Assembly: GCF_001194135.2 (NCBI RefSeq)
Contig: NC_068992.1
Location: 49,203,332 to 49,267,331, forward strand
Length of the DNA stretch: 64,000 nucleotides
Reading direction: 5' to 3'
Origin: Octopus bimaculoides
Lineage: Eukaryota
How positions within the stretch are numbered: the first letter of the stretch is position 1; the number at the start of each line of letters is the position of its first letter. A program made the position numbers and the translations under genes. Shown here one piece after another: positions 26,838 through 40,457 of this stretch. The notes beneath the pieces are model-generated. The model did not search any database. It worked only from the letters and a program-made list of their open reading frames with translations, and had not been told where the DNA came from.

Positions 26838-28236
26838 TTAAAAATGGTAGGTTTTACAGTCAAAGGCTGTTAACTTTATATATTTATAAGTATAAATATT
26901 CATATATTTATACTTGTGTGCCTATCTCTACATAGACACAAGTGTGGTCAGCATGAGAATATTGTGTACATTTCTGGGACTGTGCATCTGTTAGATACAA
27001 AGAAAATTAACACAGTGCTTCCAACATCATAATTCTTCATTAGCATTTAGCTTTGTGAAAGTTGATGCCTGAAGAGGGGGTTATTTTTGTATTATGATAG
27101 CAGTAATGTTTTTCTCTAGTAGAGTACCACACACTGAATACAGTTACAAGATAAAGCACAATCAAAAGTATCATTCACATACAGCAGAATAAATGTAGAA
27201 GTATCCTAAACAGACTCTTTGTGTTTAGATTTGGTTATGAGTCAACATTATCACTATCTACAAAGTGTTTTGATCAAGTTGCATGTCCAGTACTCCTTTC
27301 TAGTTTCTGTTTATTCTGCTTCTCATTTTTGTATTATTATTATTATGTTCCATTTATTAGCTTAACAGAAAGTTTAATTTTGTACAATTGATGTGGAGGT
27401 GGCCTCTCTCTACTTGAGATTCACTGCATGAAATAACAAGATCTATTAGAGCTTTGAGTTTCATCTTAGACCTATATGTACTTGTCTGATTCATTTCCGT
27501 TAACCAACCCATCCATGATTCTTATCAGACTTGGTTTGTGTTTGTTTGATTAACTTACTAGCAGTGATCATTCTCTATTGATGTTATTGGGACAGTATTT
27601 GATGAGGTATTCATCCCTTTTGAGTTCAGTAGCCCACTCCCTTTGCCTTTCATCATTCTTGGATGAATAAATCAAATAAGAATTCAAGTACTAGGGTTGA
27701 GATGACTGGCTATACACCCTACTTTGTAGGATTGTTCCAATGTTAATAATTTTGCCATTCACAAATATGTTGAGATCTGTGGGGAAAGAGTGAACAGGAT
27801 GCCATATAATATATATTGATGTCCAAGTTCACGTTTCAAATCTTACTGGATTCAACATTCAAGTACCAGTCATATACTGATGTTGACTCTTCTCACTTTA
27901 CTTACAGATCCTTGACTGAGTGTATCGTATTTAAATGAGATGACAGCCTGTCATTAACCTGATAAGTTAGAACATATGGTTTGCATCTTAGAATCCCCAT
28001 TGCGTGGGGAATGGGAAGTTAAAAGAGGCTTGATTGTAACATTGAAGAAGTCCTGTTTATAGAAGTTCCTTTGGTGTGTTGTTATTTTTGTATTGGGGCA
28101 ACTGGGGTCTCTGATCATAAACTGAATGATACTTTTGATCGCTAATGGAGAGACGGAGACAACTATTGTGTGTTTAATGCATTACTTCTTTGAATATTTT
28201 ATACATATGATGTATGTGAATGTGTATATGCAATCC

Positions 28237-28283
<47 letters not shown>

Positions 28284-28293
28284 NNNNNNNNNN

Positions 28294-28339
<46 letters not shown>

Positions 28340-29158
28340 CCGTGTGTGTATGTATGATATATGCATACACATATGAACATCTTCACTTGTTTGTGTATAA
28401 ATGTCTCTATAAATATGCTTGTATACATATGCTTCTGTTCTGTGTGTGTGTGTGTCTGTTTTTATTTAGCACAAGCATGGCTGTATGGTTTAGAGGTTTT
28501 CTAAGAAACCATGTGGCTCCAACTACATTTCCTTGGAAACTGTAGAAGCCTGTTGTACCTGTGTTTGTGTTTATTTTGCACATGTTGTATCAAAAAAAGG
28601 TATCTTAGCCATTCAATAAGTAGAGATCAATAAAATAAGTTCCAGGATGAAGCTAGTAAAAGAAAGAAAAAAAAAAGATTGTATGCAGGTATGTGAGTGT
28701 ATATACACATACAGTACCCTATGTATTAGTTTCCTATTGATACAGTCAATCTGGTTTTTATGGAGATTTTCTTGAGGCCAGTTGGCCTTCACCAACCCTC
28801 ATTTATTTCCAACTGAGGTAATATTTCTCTTGGCCAGACATCTTTTTGTTGAAGACTGGGAACAAATGACACTGCTTTGTATGTAATAGTGTTGGTGCCT
28901 TACAATCGTCATGTGATGCCAAGACAAGGACACACATACACATGTGTACAACAGGCTTCTTTCAGTTTCTATCTACCAAATCCACTCAAAAACTTTGGGT
29001 GGCCTGGTACTATTATAGAATACACTTGCCCAAGGTGTCCTACTGTAGGACTGAACCTGGCACCATGTGGTTGGAAAGGAAACTTTTTAACCACCCAGGC
29101 AGACTATTTTTGCAACTGAATCAAAGAAATTGTTTCCATTAGTTTTTCAGATTACTTA

Positions 29159-29202
<44 letters not shown>

Positions 29203-32200
29203 TTCACCATTAGTATATTCTATTTATATACAACACATGTGTTCACAACATGTTAGATCTCTTGCACTATTGAGGATGTGTTTATAATTGCATGTTTATT
29301 ATATCTTCTAATAGTACTCCTGTTACTCTGTGAGCTCACCTAGCCTTCTCTGAGCACCATTGTTTGGTTCTCCTGTCTTTCAGTGCCCAAAGACACATAA
29401 GTACACTCACATGTACGCACACACACACACATATAACACCTAACTTGTTTGCATATGCGCACACACACAAAGCAGAATTCTGACATTGGTTTCTTTCTGA
29501 AGGAAAGAAGTATTTCTTTAGGCTCTTCTCACCACCACTACCAGCATCATTATCATCATTTCCATCACCACCACCACCACAACCACCATCATCATTAGTA
29601 ATATCAGTTTCTTACAAAATCATAGAGGTTCACCCACAAATTTGTGACCTTCATCATGACCTTCCAGTAACATCTATCTACATCAGTAATTAAAAACAAA
29701 AAAAAAATAAAATTAGCTCCAGCTGGAAATTCAAAGTAATGCCTTGCCCCCCGCCCATACATTTAACTACACACACATTGGCATTTTCCATCATCATCAT
29801 GTTAAACATCTGTTGTTTTGGCTGCTGGCAAAGATTGAAGTGGTCGTCGTCAGTTAATACAGCCTCCACTGAAGTTTCTTGTTTCTCCTTCATTTCATCT
29901 CTGTGTAACCAAATTATCTGTTTCTTCATAATGATTTCCAATCCACTGTTAACGTACCCTATTCTAAATTCCCTCTGTCTAATTGTGGTGACAGAAAGGT
30001 CCTACTTCAAGGGTCATTTATGAAGTTTATCTGAATATCTAAAATCCTAACTTGGAAGAGATTTATCTCTTATCTACTTCATCTCATAAAGTTTGAGTTA
30101 AATACTAATCCTTTAAAAGAGACAGAGAACTAAATGCCATTAAGTGGGACCATTTGATGCAACATTGCATTCATGATATGTGCCACAAGTGTTATAGTCT
30201 TTTGCCTTAGCCACACTCAGGTGAATAAAACACTGCCCTTATGTCCGGATTGGAACCACCAAACCATTGTCTACTAAAACAAATTGGTCCATAAATGCTG
30301 ACAGCTCTTTACAAAACATAGGTACATCTTATACTATAATAGCACTTACATATCTGGGTGTGCACAAGCATTCTAGATTAGATCTATTTATAAAAAGAAG
30401 AAAGAAGAGCCATATTGTTGATTGTAATGCTTCACTTACCAACACATTGCACAAGTGACTCACAGTCATTGTTTCCTCACTTTCTATAGTTACTACAATT
30501 GGTTCTGCTTCTGAACTAGCACACTGTGTACCATCTCACTTCAAGCATCTCAAGAGGTGTGTGTTAAATACTTTACCCAATTCCTCTTCATGATTGCAGC
30601 TCTCTGAAACACCTGTACTATTTTTTTTTTTTTTACATTGATCTTCATGAGTTTGAACTAAGCATCAATTGTATTGACTTGACTGGTCCTTGACGCTCTA
30701 TAAGCATTAAACATTTTGACACCTTGTTTTCTGTCGTTCTGCTAGCTAGACAAACCTAACAGTCTAGTAGTTTATCTAACTTCTACTATTTGTGTCACAA
30801 ACCTAGTTAAAGAGTTCATTGTAACCAACGTGCTTGGTTGAAACCAGTTCTCACTCAAAGAACTGGTTGAACACCCTGTTACATAACATAATTTTTTTAA
30901 CCAACTGTCTTCTACATTCTATCTGTACTCTCTATGTATATTTATGAATATATTTACATATATATTCAATTTTTACTGAATGTTTGTGATGAGGAATTAT
31001 CATTATTACTACATACTGTTGTATTTATCAGAGTTGTTATAGTTACAGTGTTTTAACTGCTTGTACTCTCCGGCTCTCTTTGGGTGCCTGGAGGGTACGA
31101 CAGCTGAAACATGAATATAACAGCCAAGTTGAGAGTATTATATCAAATATATCAGTATGTAATAATGTATATCCAAGCAGTCATGAGGAAAACTATAGAA
31201 CAAAATGTCGAGGGAAGGACTGGAAAATTCAATGTTTTGGACAGTGGTTCCTGATCTAGAACAGAGAGAGAGAAAATGAAGATAAAAAAACTGTAGTTAT
31301 AGCAAAAGTGGTTTGGAAAATGGAAGAATTGGAGTAGAAAGGTGTTTTTCATTTTTCTCGACTGTCCAAAACATTGAGTTCCTCTTTATTTCTTTCTCAA
31401 CAAAAATATGTACTTTTGTACTCTTTTTCATTGTTCTTTCTTTGTTCCTTGTGTTAATTTCCCCCTTTTTTTGTGTGATTTTACTTAGATATTCTTCCTT
31501 TACTGCTTTGACACAAACTTTTCTGATTACTACTAGATATATCTTATTATTTACACGTGTGTGTCTAAACAGTTATAAAGACCAATCAGAATACCTGACA
31601 CACACACGCACACACACCCTTTGTACTTCTTCATTTTCATTACTTTTAGCTTCACTTAATTACATGCTTCTTGTTTAATCAAGGCTGACCTGGTTCGACA
31701 TAATAATAACAAATTTACTTAATCATTAGTGTAATTAGTTTTAAAGACGTACCCTTCAACATAATCAGTTTACTTTCAGTAGTAGTCAGGTTGTGTGACA
31801 TACATGCCTCTCACAGAACAGTCACTTGACTTTGGTTATTGCGTACTTAACCCCCCTTGATACCAGCCTATCTCAGGTTGCTCCTGGTTCTATAATACAA
31901 ACATTATTTCAAATTAACAGCTTCTGTCAGTTTTATGTTAGTTTGTTCCAATCACCAGCTTAACAATGAGTTGGCTATATCACTAAATTCTTCATTATTT
32001 TTCAAAATTAATTGGTAAACAAAAAGTGGGGTGGTCTGTTTTAACAGAAATATGCTTGCAAAAATGTTAAATCAAGTTTATTTACTTTAATAACGATTTC
32101 TAACTTAAAATACATGAGGTCACAGATTGCTTGTGGTGTTATTGGGGAGTGAAATCAATAGTTGCAATTACCATTATTATTTTATCACCATGTCTTCAGA

Positions 32201-35200
32201 ACATAAAACTCTGTCACATTTTTGCGTAGTTCTCTACCATTATTGCCACTCAACAACAACCTTAATGGTAATAATTATTTGGTGGATTAAATAGATGTTA
32301 GGCTAAAATTAAAATGCCTGGCATTTTAATTAAGCATTTATGTTCTGTGGTCAAAGAAATGGCTACCAGTAATAGACTGTGGCTTTGTTTCAATGAAATA
32401 AAAAATAAATAAAAGGTCATCATCATCATTACAACTAGTTTCTTTTATTTTCTTTATGGTTTTTGTTTTTAAACGGGGGGGTTTTCTTTACTCTTAAAGT
32501 TACTCCTATCCAACCTCTCAGTCATAAATTTCAAAATTTGTTTTGTGCGACATTGGATCCAGTCTTCAGCTTTTCTTTTCGTTCATCTAAAGACTGTATC
32601 AAAGTGTTATCTGGAATAGATCTATGTAGTAATGAGGGTAGTGGTGGTGTTATAGTGTAGGATATCCACTTGGGTACAGTGGTAATTTGACTTAGTTGGA
32701 GCTGGGTGTAACTATTGGTTCCATTTAGCTGGGAATTAAATTCCAAAGCTATGAACTAGATTTGTTTTAGGTTAAATCTGTACCTACTTAATCTGAATAA
32801 GAAGTACAGTGTTAGCACATAGCTTTTCTGAATGAGGTAACATTTATTATACAGTTACGGTTTATAATACAGCTGATGTTCAGTTTTATATTTTGGTTAG
32901 CTAAAGGCTGGAATCAACTTAGCTTAGGGACCAGTCTTTGCTCTGAAAGAATCCAATTTATTTTACTGGAATTGGTGCCAATAGTATCAAAAATGTAGAA
33001 GTGTTCCCTTAATTTCTCATTTGCTTTCTTGAGTTCAAATCTTACAAGAAGCTAGTTTGATTTTTATTTCTTTAGAAGGTGGATGGTGGTGCGGTGAGTG
33101 GTTAAGAAATCCAGTACAGTTATTAAACAGGGATCAAGTCACCTCTTTCTATTCTTACTTCACTTCACAAAAGAAACAAAGATTTCTTTTTTGTTTTTCA
33201 GTTTATGTGGACAGCTTGTTTTTAAAAAAAACTTGTTGCCAACTGTACACATTTCATTGATCAAGCTGCCTGTATTGTCCTGCCATTTTGGGCATTAAAA
33301 AGTCACATGAATGACAGCAGACGTCAACACAATTGAACTTTTGCATTTTGCAACATGCTTCTTTTACTCACTGTTTGTAATGTTAGTGTGAATTTACTGA
33401 ATGTTTGAATGAAAATATTTGTCCCAGCTCTTTATACGAGTTCATTCCCTTGTCAGTTATTTTGTTGTGTACTTTGGTGCAATACACTCACACAATAGGC
33501 ATCACGTTGTCTGGAAATGAAAGATAGAACAGCATCATATATTGGGGCAGACTGATCTCTTCCTACTTTTACAGAAACTTGCTTTTAAGTAAGTTCCTGT
33601 GTAATTAGCTACTTCAGTGGATTTGCTTTATAACTACTTAATTTACCTGTATATGAAAATAAATAGTAAGAAAATGAAAACTTATGTGCCCCCCACTCTT
33701 GTTATAAACCATTTCCTGCACCCTCTGACTTAATGGCTCATCTCATTCCCATCCTAACTGCTTCCCTCACCCCCCCATCCTAATCATTCCCCCGCATCTC
33801 CCATCTGTTCTAACTCGTTCTCTCTCTTCCATCCTCATTCGTGCTTTTGTCTGCTCTCACAGAACCACATGATTTTAGAACACCTGTCATTTCCTCCATA
33901 ACCTATGGAGTTGAAGAGCTACTAAAAACTGTTCTTCGTGCAGTTTAAAAACAAGTGGTTGAGTGGACAGCTGAGAAGTCAATGGCTCACATCATGGGAT
34001 TATCTAATGACAAAGTCTACCTGGTCATAAATTTGTACCACACTATAAGAGCAACTCTGATTCTAGTCAACTATAGTAGCTCTGTGGCATGTCTATTTGC
34101 AGTGCTGAATTTAATTAACCATTCTTGTATATAATGTAGTCTGAAGAAAGATTGGACTCCACTTAACTAATTTGTCTCTTTCATAGGCATTCTTCAGTTG
34201 TGTCCCTACACAACAATTCATTGTGGTAAAAGCACTAATATTGATTACACGACCACAACCTGCTAACCTTTTTATAGACTTTTATTTAAATCTGTTTTAG
34301 CACTTTCTATGATGTTGAAGTCTTTTAGTAAACAAGAAATAATTCATTGAGTTTTCAATATCTAAAATTCTATTGATATGGTATTGTTAGAACAAGTTCA
34401 AGAACATATTTATTTCACATGTAAAAATTATGTATAATTGTGATGGAATGTTGCAAAAGATGTTTATATGTTGGAATGGGGAACAACAGTGATTTGCCAA
34501 ATATTGTCTTTTTTTGTCAATGAGGTATGACATGTGAGAAATGAAAAGGTGTTTTGTAAGTGACTTTGAAATTGGATCAAAACTGAATGATAGAAACTCT
34601 TATTTACTCGTTGGAGGTGGGGATTGACAAAGGCCACAGTAACCTCTTTGATGACATATATAAGTGTATTTTTTTCTTTCTTCCTTTCCTCAATTCCTTC
34701 TCCCAACCATGGAAAGATTTTACAAAATCAAAATAGCTTTAGGAATTTCCTGATCTACGTGGGTATGGTGTTGAGTTGCTTGACTGAAGATAATCTTAAA
34801 TTTTCCATTTTATTAGCCTTATCTTTTGTTTTTCTGTCTTGCACTGTTTTGATTGTTTTCTTATCCATGCATAACAAGCAGGGCTGTCATAACAGTATTA
34901 TAGGCTCCATGATACAGATATGCACTGGAGGTCCCTAAAGTCAATTTCTGAGGTATATAATTATTTTTCAGGACTTGTCTAGGATTGAGCTAGGAGTTAA
35001 TGAATTACATGTATATTTTCTTTTTAAAACTTCTATGAATAAATTATCTCTCAATTTGGCTTTGGCAATCGCTAAAGCTTCATCCATTTGTTGGAGCTGT
35101 CATGAATTTGAACAGGCTACTATTTCCAAGAAATGGATTTTTATACTCCCTGTCTTTTGGTTAATAATTACCATGAGATGGTGGTAGAGTGGTGAAGAAT

Positions 35201-36677
35201 GCAATAGAAACAGGAGCTTTATTTGTTTATTCTGTTGTGAGTGGAAATCTAGGCAATGGAAATATGATATGTTGGAAAAGGGCAGTAGTAAACTGCTCAG
35301 AACTGTGTGAAGGAGAAAAACTATAAGAAATGAAGTAGAAACTTCAGAAAATAGCATTTATTTTAAACAGTTTCACAGACGATTGTTTACACTAGCCTGA
35401 ATTGGATAGTTATGTTTTTATTGAGCAATTGTTATTACAGCTGATCACTCCTTCTTATCACTGACCCATGGAAAAGTGGAATGCGTTGGCTATTAGTCAG
35501 GGGGAAGTTGTAGCCTGTTGTAGTAAACATAAGTCAGTAATTCTATTATCATACTCTCAATGTATTTTCCCTCAAAGTGCCAATATTGCAATAAGCTTCT
35601 CTTTACTCTATTCTTCAGTCTTCAATTTTTGAGATCAATTATCATTTTTAATGTCTTTTAAGTTTGTTTTTTTTTCTATGTTGGCTTGAATAGAACAAGC
35701 CCATAGTATTGGAAATGGCCATTTTGTCTCAGTCCTAAGAGCTGGTCACCTTATTTTATTCATATGTTCAGTTATGCACGCATTAGCACATTTGTTTTGT
35801 ATGTCGTGCATATTGACATTTATACCCTGTGTTTTGTCTCTTGTCAGCAATTGAAAGATCTTCCATATTGGATGGCAGAATTAGCAGCACATAGGACTAA
35901 ATAGTCTATGGTACTTTCTTGTGTTTGCTTTTTGTCCAATATTCAATTCTGTCTCTTCAAGATTGATGACATAAATAGCAATAAACTGATTTTCAATTGA
36001 ATTGACTTATATGTACACCACTCAAAAATGTTATAAATTTATGGCTTTGTACTCTTGTTGTTGTAATAGTAGTAGTAGTAGTAATGGTGGGTTGGCAGAA
36101 TCATTAGGGTTTAGAATATCATCTTGACGAAGTATAGTCCTAGTTAAGTACTAGAATCAGTAGTATCAACTAACTTTCCCCCCTCCCCTCGAAATTGCTA
36201 GCCTTCTGTCTAAATAAGAAAGAAGCTGGCAGAATCATTAACACACTGGATAAGATGCTGCTAAGCATTTTGTATGTCTTTGTTATGTTCTGGGTTCTAA
36301 TTCTGCTGGAGTCAACTTTGCTTTTCATCATATTGAAGTCAGTAAAATAAAGTACCAGTTAAGCACTGGTGGTGGTCAATAAAATGAAGTACCAGTAAGT
36401 ACTTGGATTGATGTAATTAAGTAACTGCCTCTCAAAATTTCTGGATTTGTTCCAAAAATTGAAAAGAGTAATTATAATTGTTGTTGTTGTAAGGCAGTGA
36501 GCTGGCAGAATTGTTAACATGTCAGGTAAAAAAATGCTTAGTGACATTTCGTTCCTCTTTATGTTCCAAGTTCAAATTCTGCTGTGGTTGACTTTGCCTT
36601 TGATCCTTTTGGGGGTCAATAAAACAAGCACAAGTTGACAACTGTGGTAAATATAATCAGCTTACCCTCTTCCTCTT

Positions 36678-37050
36678 GTGGAGGCGCAATGGCCCAGTGG
36701 CTAGGGCAGCGGACTCGCGGTCATAGGATTGCGGTTTTGATTCCCAGACTTTATTGAGCGAAAACACCTAAAGCTCCACGAGGCTCCGGCAGGGGATGGT
36801 GGCGAACCCTGCTGTACTCTTTCACCACAACTTTCTCTCACTCTTACTTCCTGTTTCTGTTGTGCCTGTAATTCAAAGGGCCAGCCTTGTCACACTGTGT
36901 CACGCTGAATATCCTCGAGAACTACGTTAAGGGTACACGTGTCTGTGGAGTGCTCAGCCACTTGCACATTAATTTCACGAGCAGGCTGTTCCGTTGATCA
37001 GATCAACAGGAACCCTCGACATCGTAAGTGACGGAGTGCCAACAATAACA
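36678..37050 (+). mobile_element. tRNA-derived SINE family A, full length with 14-bp TSD, nested in an older SINE
   Basis: tRNA-like head GTGGAGGCGCAATGGCCCAGTGG; aacaataaca tail; TSD ACCCTCTTCCTCTT at 36664-36677 and 37051-37064. Confidence 0.9.
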
Positions 37051-37282
37051 ACCCTCTTCCTCTTATACCAAAATTTGAAATCATTTTTGGTGGTGGTAAT
37101 GTCACCAAAGACTGAACCTAGTTGTTGGTCTCACATTTCTAGCACTTGTGTTAACATTGTTTGATTTTTTACTGGAATGCAGAGTGAAGGGTATTGTCTG
37201 TCTCAGCTAATGTAAGACTGCTAAATTATTGAATTTTTATAAATGGTTTATGTATTCATTTTCTTTTTCTTTGTCTTTTCAG

Positions 37283-37387
37283 GAAGAAAATGTCGACAAT
37301 GTGAATGACAAAGTACTTGATATGGCAGATAAAATGAAGACAGACAACGAACCAGTTGAAAAGAAGATGAAGGTGGCTAATGACCAA
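37283..37387 (+). CDS. Gene A exon 2 (EENVDNVNDKVLDMADKMKTDNEPVEKKMKVANDQ)
   Basis: Long pyrimidine tract ending ttttcAG at 37282, 35 open codons, CAA|GTATGG donor, phase 0/0. Confidence 0.85.
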
Positions 37388-38132
37388 GTATGGACCGCAT
37401 TGTAACTATTGCATGTATGGGGGACTTGTGGTGGTGCTGATTGAAGAGCAGTGGTTATTTGTGATGGCCCTCTGATTAGATGTGGTAACAATAAGCTATC
37501 TGGTTGGGTTATGTGATGGTGATGAGTTTACTGGGTATCTGGGGTGGCTATCTGATTAAATGTAATATGGGCGTGATTGGTAGTGGCCGTGGGGTTAGTG
37601 GGTATCTAGCAAGGCCTGATTGATTACATGTACTGGAATATCTGATGTGGTCATCTCATGGGATGCAGTGCTGGTGATGGCAGAAACTGTAGATTGCTGA
37701 AGTTTGAAGTTGTTAGTTCCTGCTGAAGTCAACAGAAGAATAATAGATTGAGTGGGGGCTATGAAATCAGTATCAGTCATGTGTTTTGCCTTACATCTTT
37801 CTGGGGTCAATATAATAATATATCAGTCTAGTACTGGGCTTAATTGAATTCACTAATCTCCTCTCACAAAATTCCACGATTTGTACTTAATCGTAGAAAC
37901 TGTTATATTATTATTCCTGGCAGAATCGTCAGAGCATTTGACAAACTGCTTAGTACATTTCTTCTGGTTCTTTGTCTTTCAGCCTTCCAGGGTCGATACA
38001 ATAAGGTACTGGTCAATTGCTAGGATTAATATAATCAACTTATCCCATCCCTTAAAACTGCTGACCTTGTGCCGAAATTTGAAACTTTTTATTTTCTGCC
38101 GCTACTTGTTAACACTGTGTGTTTGTTTCCAG

Positions 38133-38220
38133 GAGAATGAAGCTGATAAGTCAAAAGAAAGTAAAAATAAACGCACCACCAACTGCCGCTACAAACGTCT
38201 TGGTATCAGTGATGACGAAG
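38133..38220 (+). CDS. Gene A exon 3 (ENEADKSKESKNKRTTNCRYKRLGISDDE)
   Basis: gtttgtttccAG acceptor, AAG|GTTAGT donor, 88 nt, phase 0 in and phase 1 out. Confidence 0.85.
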
Positions 38221-39569
38221 GTTAGTATACTTGTATTCCCTTTTGTTTTTCCTCCCCAACTTCTGCCCCCTTTTTTCTTTATATCCATACTGCTTCATTG
38301 AATTATTTTCTTTCTTCTTTATAAAGGCCTGGGCATGGCCGTGTAGTTTTAGAAGTTCACTTCACAATCACATGGTTTGGGATTTGGCTCCATTGTGTGG
38401 CACCTTGGACAAGTGTCTTCTACTACAGCCTCAGGCCAACCAAAATTATGTGGGTAAAAGTGTATGAGTGAGCAACAAGTTCATCCAGCTGGAAAACAAT
38501 GCCTTCATAATGACTTCATCTAACCTATGCTTGCATGGAAAAAGAGCATACAACAAATGCATATATATGGAGGCAGTAGCAAGTGACTGAGACTTTTGGC
38601 AACAGACCTGTCAAACTAATTGAAATTGTAGTTATGGCTGATGCCAGTGTTGTGAAATATCTATCGAACCAAGTGAAATCGTAGTTGTGGCCAATGCTAC
38701 TCTCGTGAAACTGGCTCACGTGCCGGTGGCACAGGAAAAGCACCCTTCAAACTTTGGGCCTCACGGAGGCAATGGCAAGTGACCGAAACCTTTGGCAACA
38801 TACTGTGCTTGAGAAGACCTGTCAAGCCAAGTGAGATCGCAGTCATAGCAGTGTTTTGTAACTGGCACATAAAAGGCACCCACTACACTCTGTGTGGTTG
38901 GCATTAGGGAGGGCATCCAGCTGTAGAAGCCATGCCATATCAGATTGGAACCTGGTGTAGCTCTCCAGCTTACTAGTTTTAAGTCAAACCGTCCAATCCA
39001 TGCCATCATGGAAAGCGGATGTTAAATTATGATCTATACCTCCCCTCCCCACTCGCACACATCTTATTTACCTGATGATGATGATGACAACCATCAAAAG
39101 TCCTTACCTTTTGATAATAGGAGCAGTTGAATTGTCAGTTGTGTGTTGTTTCATTCTACAGAACATGCTGATTGACAGAGATTTAAGACTGACACGATTT
39201 AAGGTGTAAAATAGTCCTTTTCCACAATATGCTGAAACTTTATTGGGTTCAAGGGCTTTCATTGATGCTGTTACTCTGAGTGGTGGGAGTCTGTGGAGTG
39301 GAGTGTGACAGGGAGGAAGTGTTTGCTTTTGATTAGCAAGAATTTGAAATTCCTTGATAATCTAAGTTTTTTTTTTTTTTTAATATTGTAACAGCCCTTT
39401 CTAAATAAACACTTGAGTTGTCACAGGTTCCTACTTAGACCTGCGCCTGTTGTAATGTCATATCTTGTTACAAAGACACAGTTTTTACAATGTTAGATTT
39501 CATGGCTTTCATGCTGACCGATTGACAATGTTTGACCTATACTATGAAGCACATATTTTCTTTCTGCAG

Positions 39570-39645
39570 CCAGCTGTATTTTGCTAACATTAGTCAGTGA
39601 TGACTTTTGCCGCTGAAGGTTTATTTCGGTTCAGTTGAACCGTGG
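39570..39645 (+). other. Candidate poison cassette exon of gene A (76 nt, in-frame TGA at 39614-39616)
   Basis: ttttctttctgcAG acceptor and TGG|GTAAGT donor inside intron 3; unique non-repeat sequence. Confidence 0.45.
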
Positions 39646-40418
39646 GTAAGTAATGACACCATGATATACAAAGTAGTCCAGTACAGCACAACTTCCGGTA
39701 TTTAAACGGGATTCAGGAATGGAATATTTTATTCAAGTTTCCATGTACTAGTTTCAAATAATAAATGTCTAGAGACACATGTAAATGTATGTGTGTGTGT
39801 GTGTGTGTATATATATATGTATATATATATATATCATCATCATCATCGTTTAACGTCCGCTTTCCATGCTAGCATGGGTTGGACGATTTGACTGAGGACT
39901 GGTGAAACCGGATGGCAACACCAGGCTCCAGTCTGATTTGGCAGAGTTTCTACAGCTGGATGCCCTTCCTAACGCCAACCACTCAGAGAGTGTAGTGGGT
40001 GCTTTTACGTGTCACCCGCACGAAAACGGCCACGCTCGAAATGGTGTCTTTTATGTGCCNNNNNNNNNNNNNNNNNNNNNNNNNNNNNNNNNNNNNNNNN
40101 NNNNNNNNNNNNNNNNNNNNNNNNNNNNNNNNNNNNNNNNNNNNNNNNNNNNNNNNNNNNNNNNNNNNNNNNNNNNNNNNNNNNNNNNNNNNNNNNNNNN
40201 NNNNNNNNNNNNNNNNNNNNNNNNNNTATATATATATTTATGTGTATGTATGTGTACATGTATATATATGTGTATATATATCTATGTGTATATGTATGTA
40301 TGTATGTATATATGCATATATATATGTATGTTTCTGTATGTATATATATATGTATTTGTATGTATATATATATATGTATGTATATATATATATATACACA
40401 TACATATATGTATGTACA

Positions 40419-40457
<39 letters not shown>

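Noticed and set aside
33585-33598. 14-nt microexon with good splice sites
   Set aside because: Its length is not a multiple of three, there is no supporting context, and it cannot be told from chance.
36678-36755. tRNA gene
   Set aside because: The tRNA-like head continues into a ~370-bp repeat present three times, with a tail and TSD; it is a SINE.
39597-39616. Box C/D snoRNA (GTGATGA...CTGA)
   Set aside because: Only 9 nt between the boxes, no later D box with a terminal stem; the exon reading fits better.
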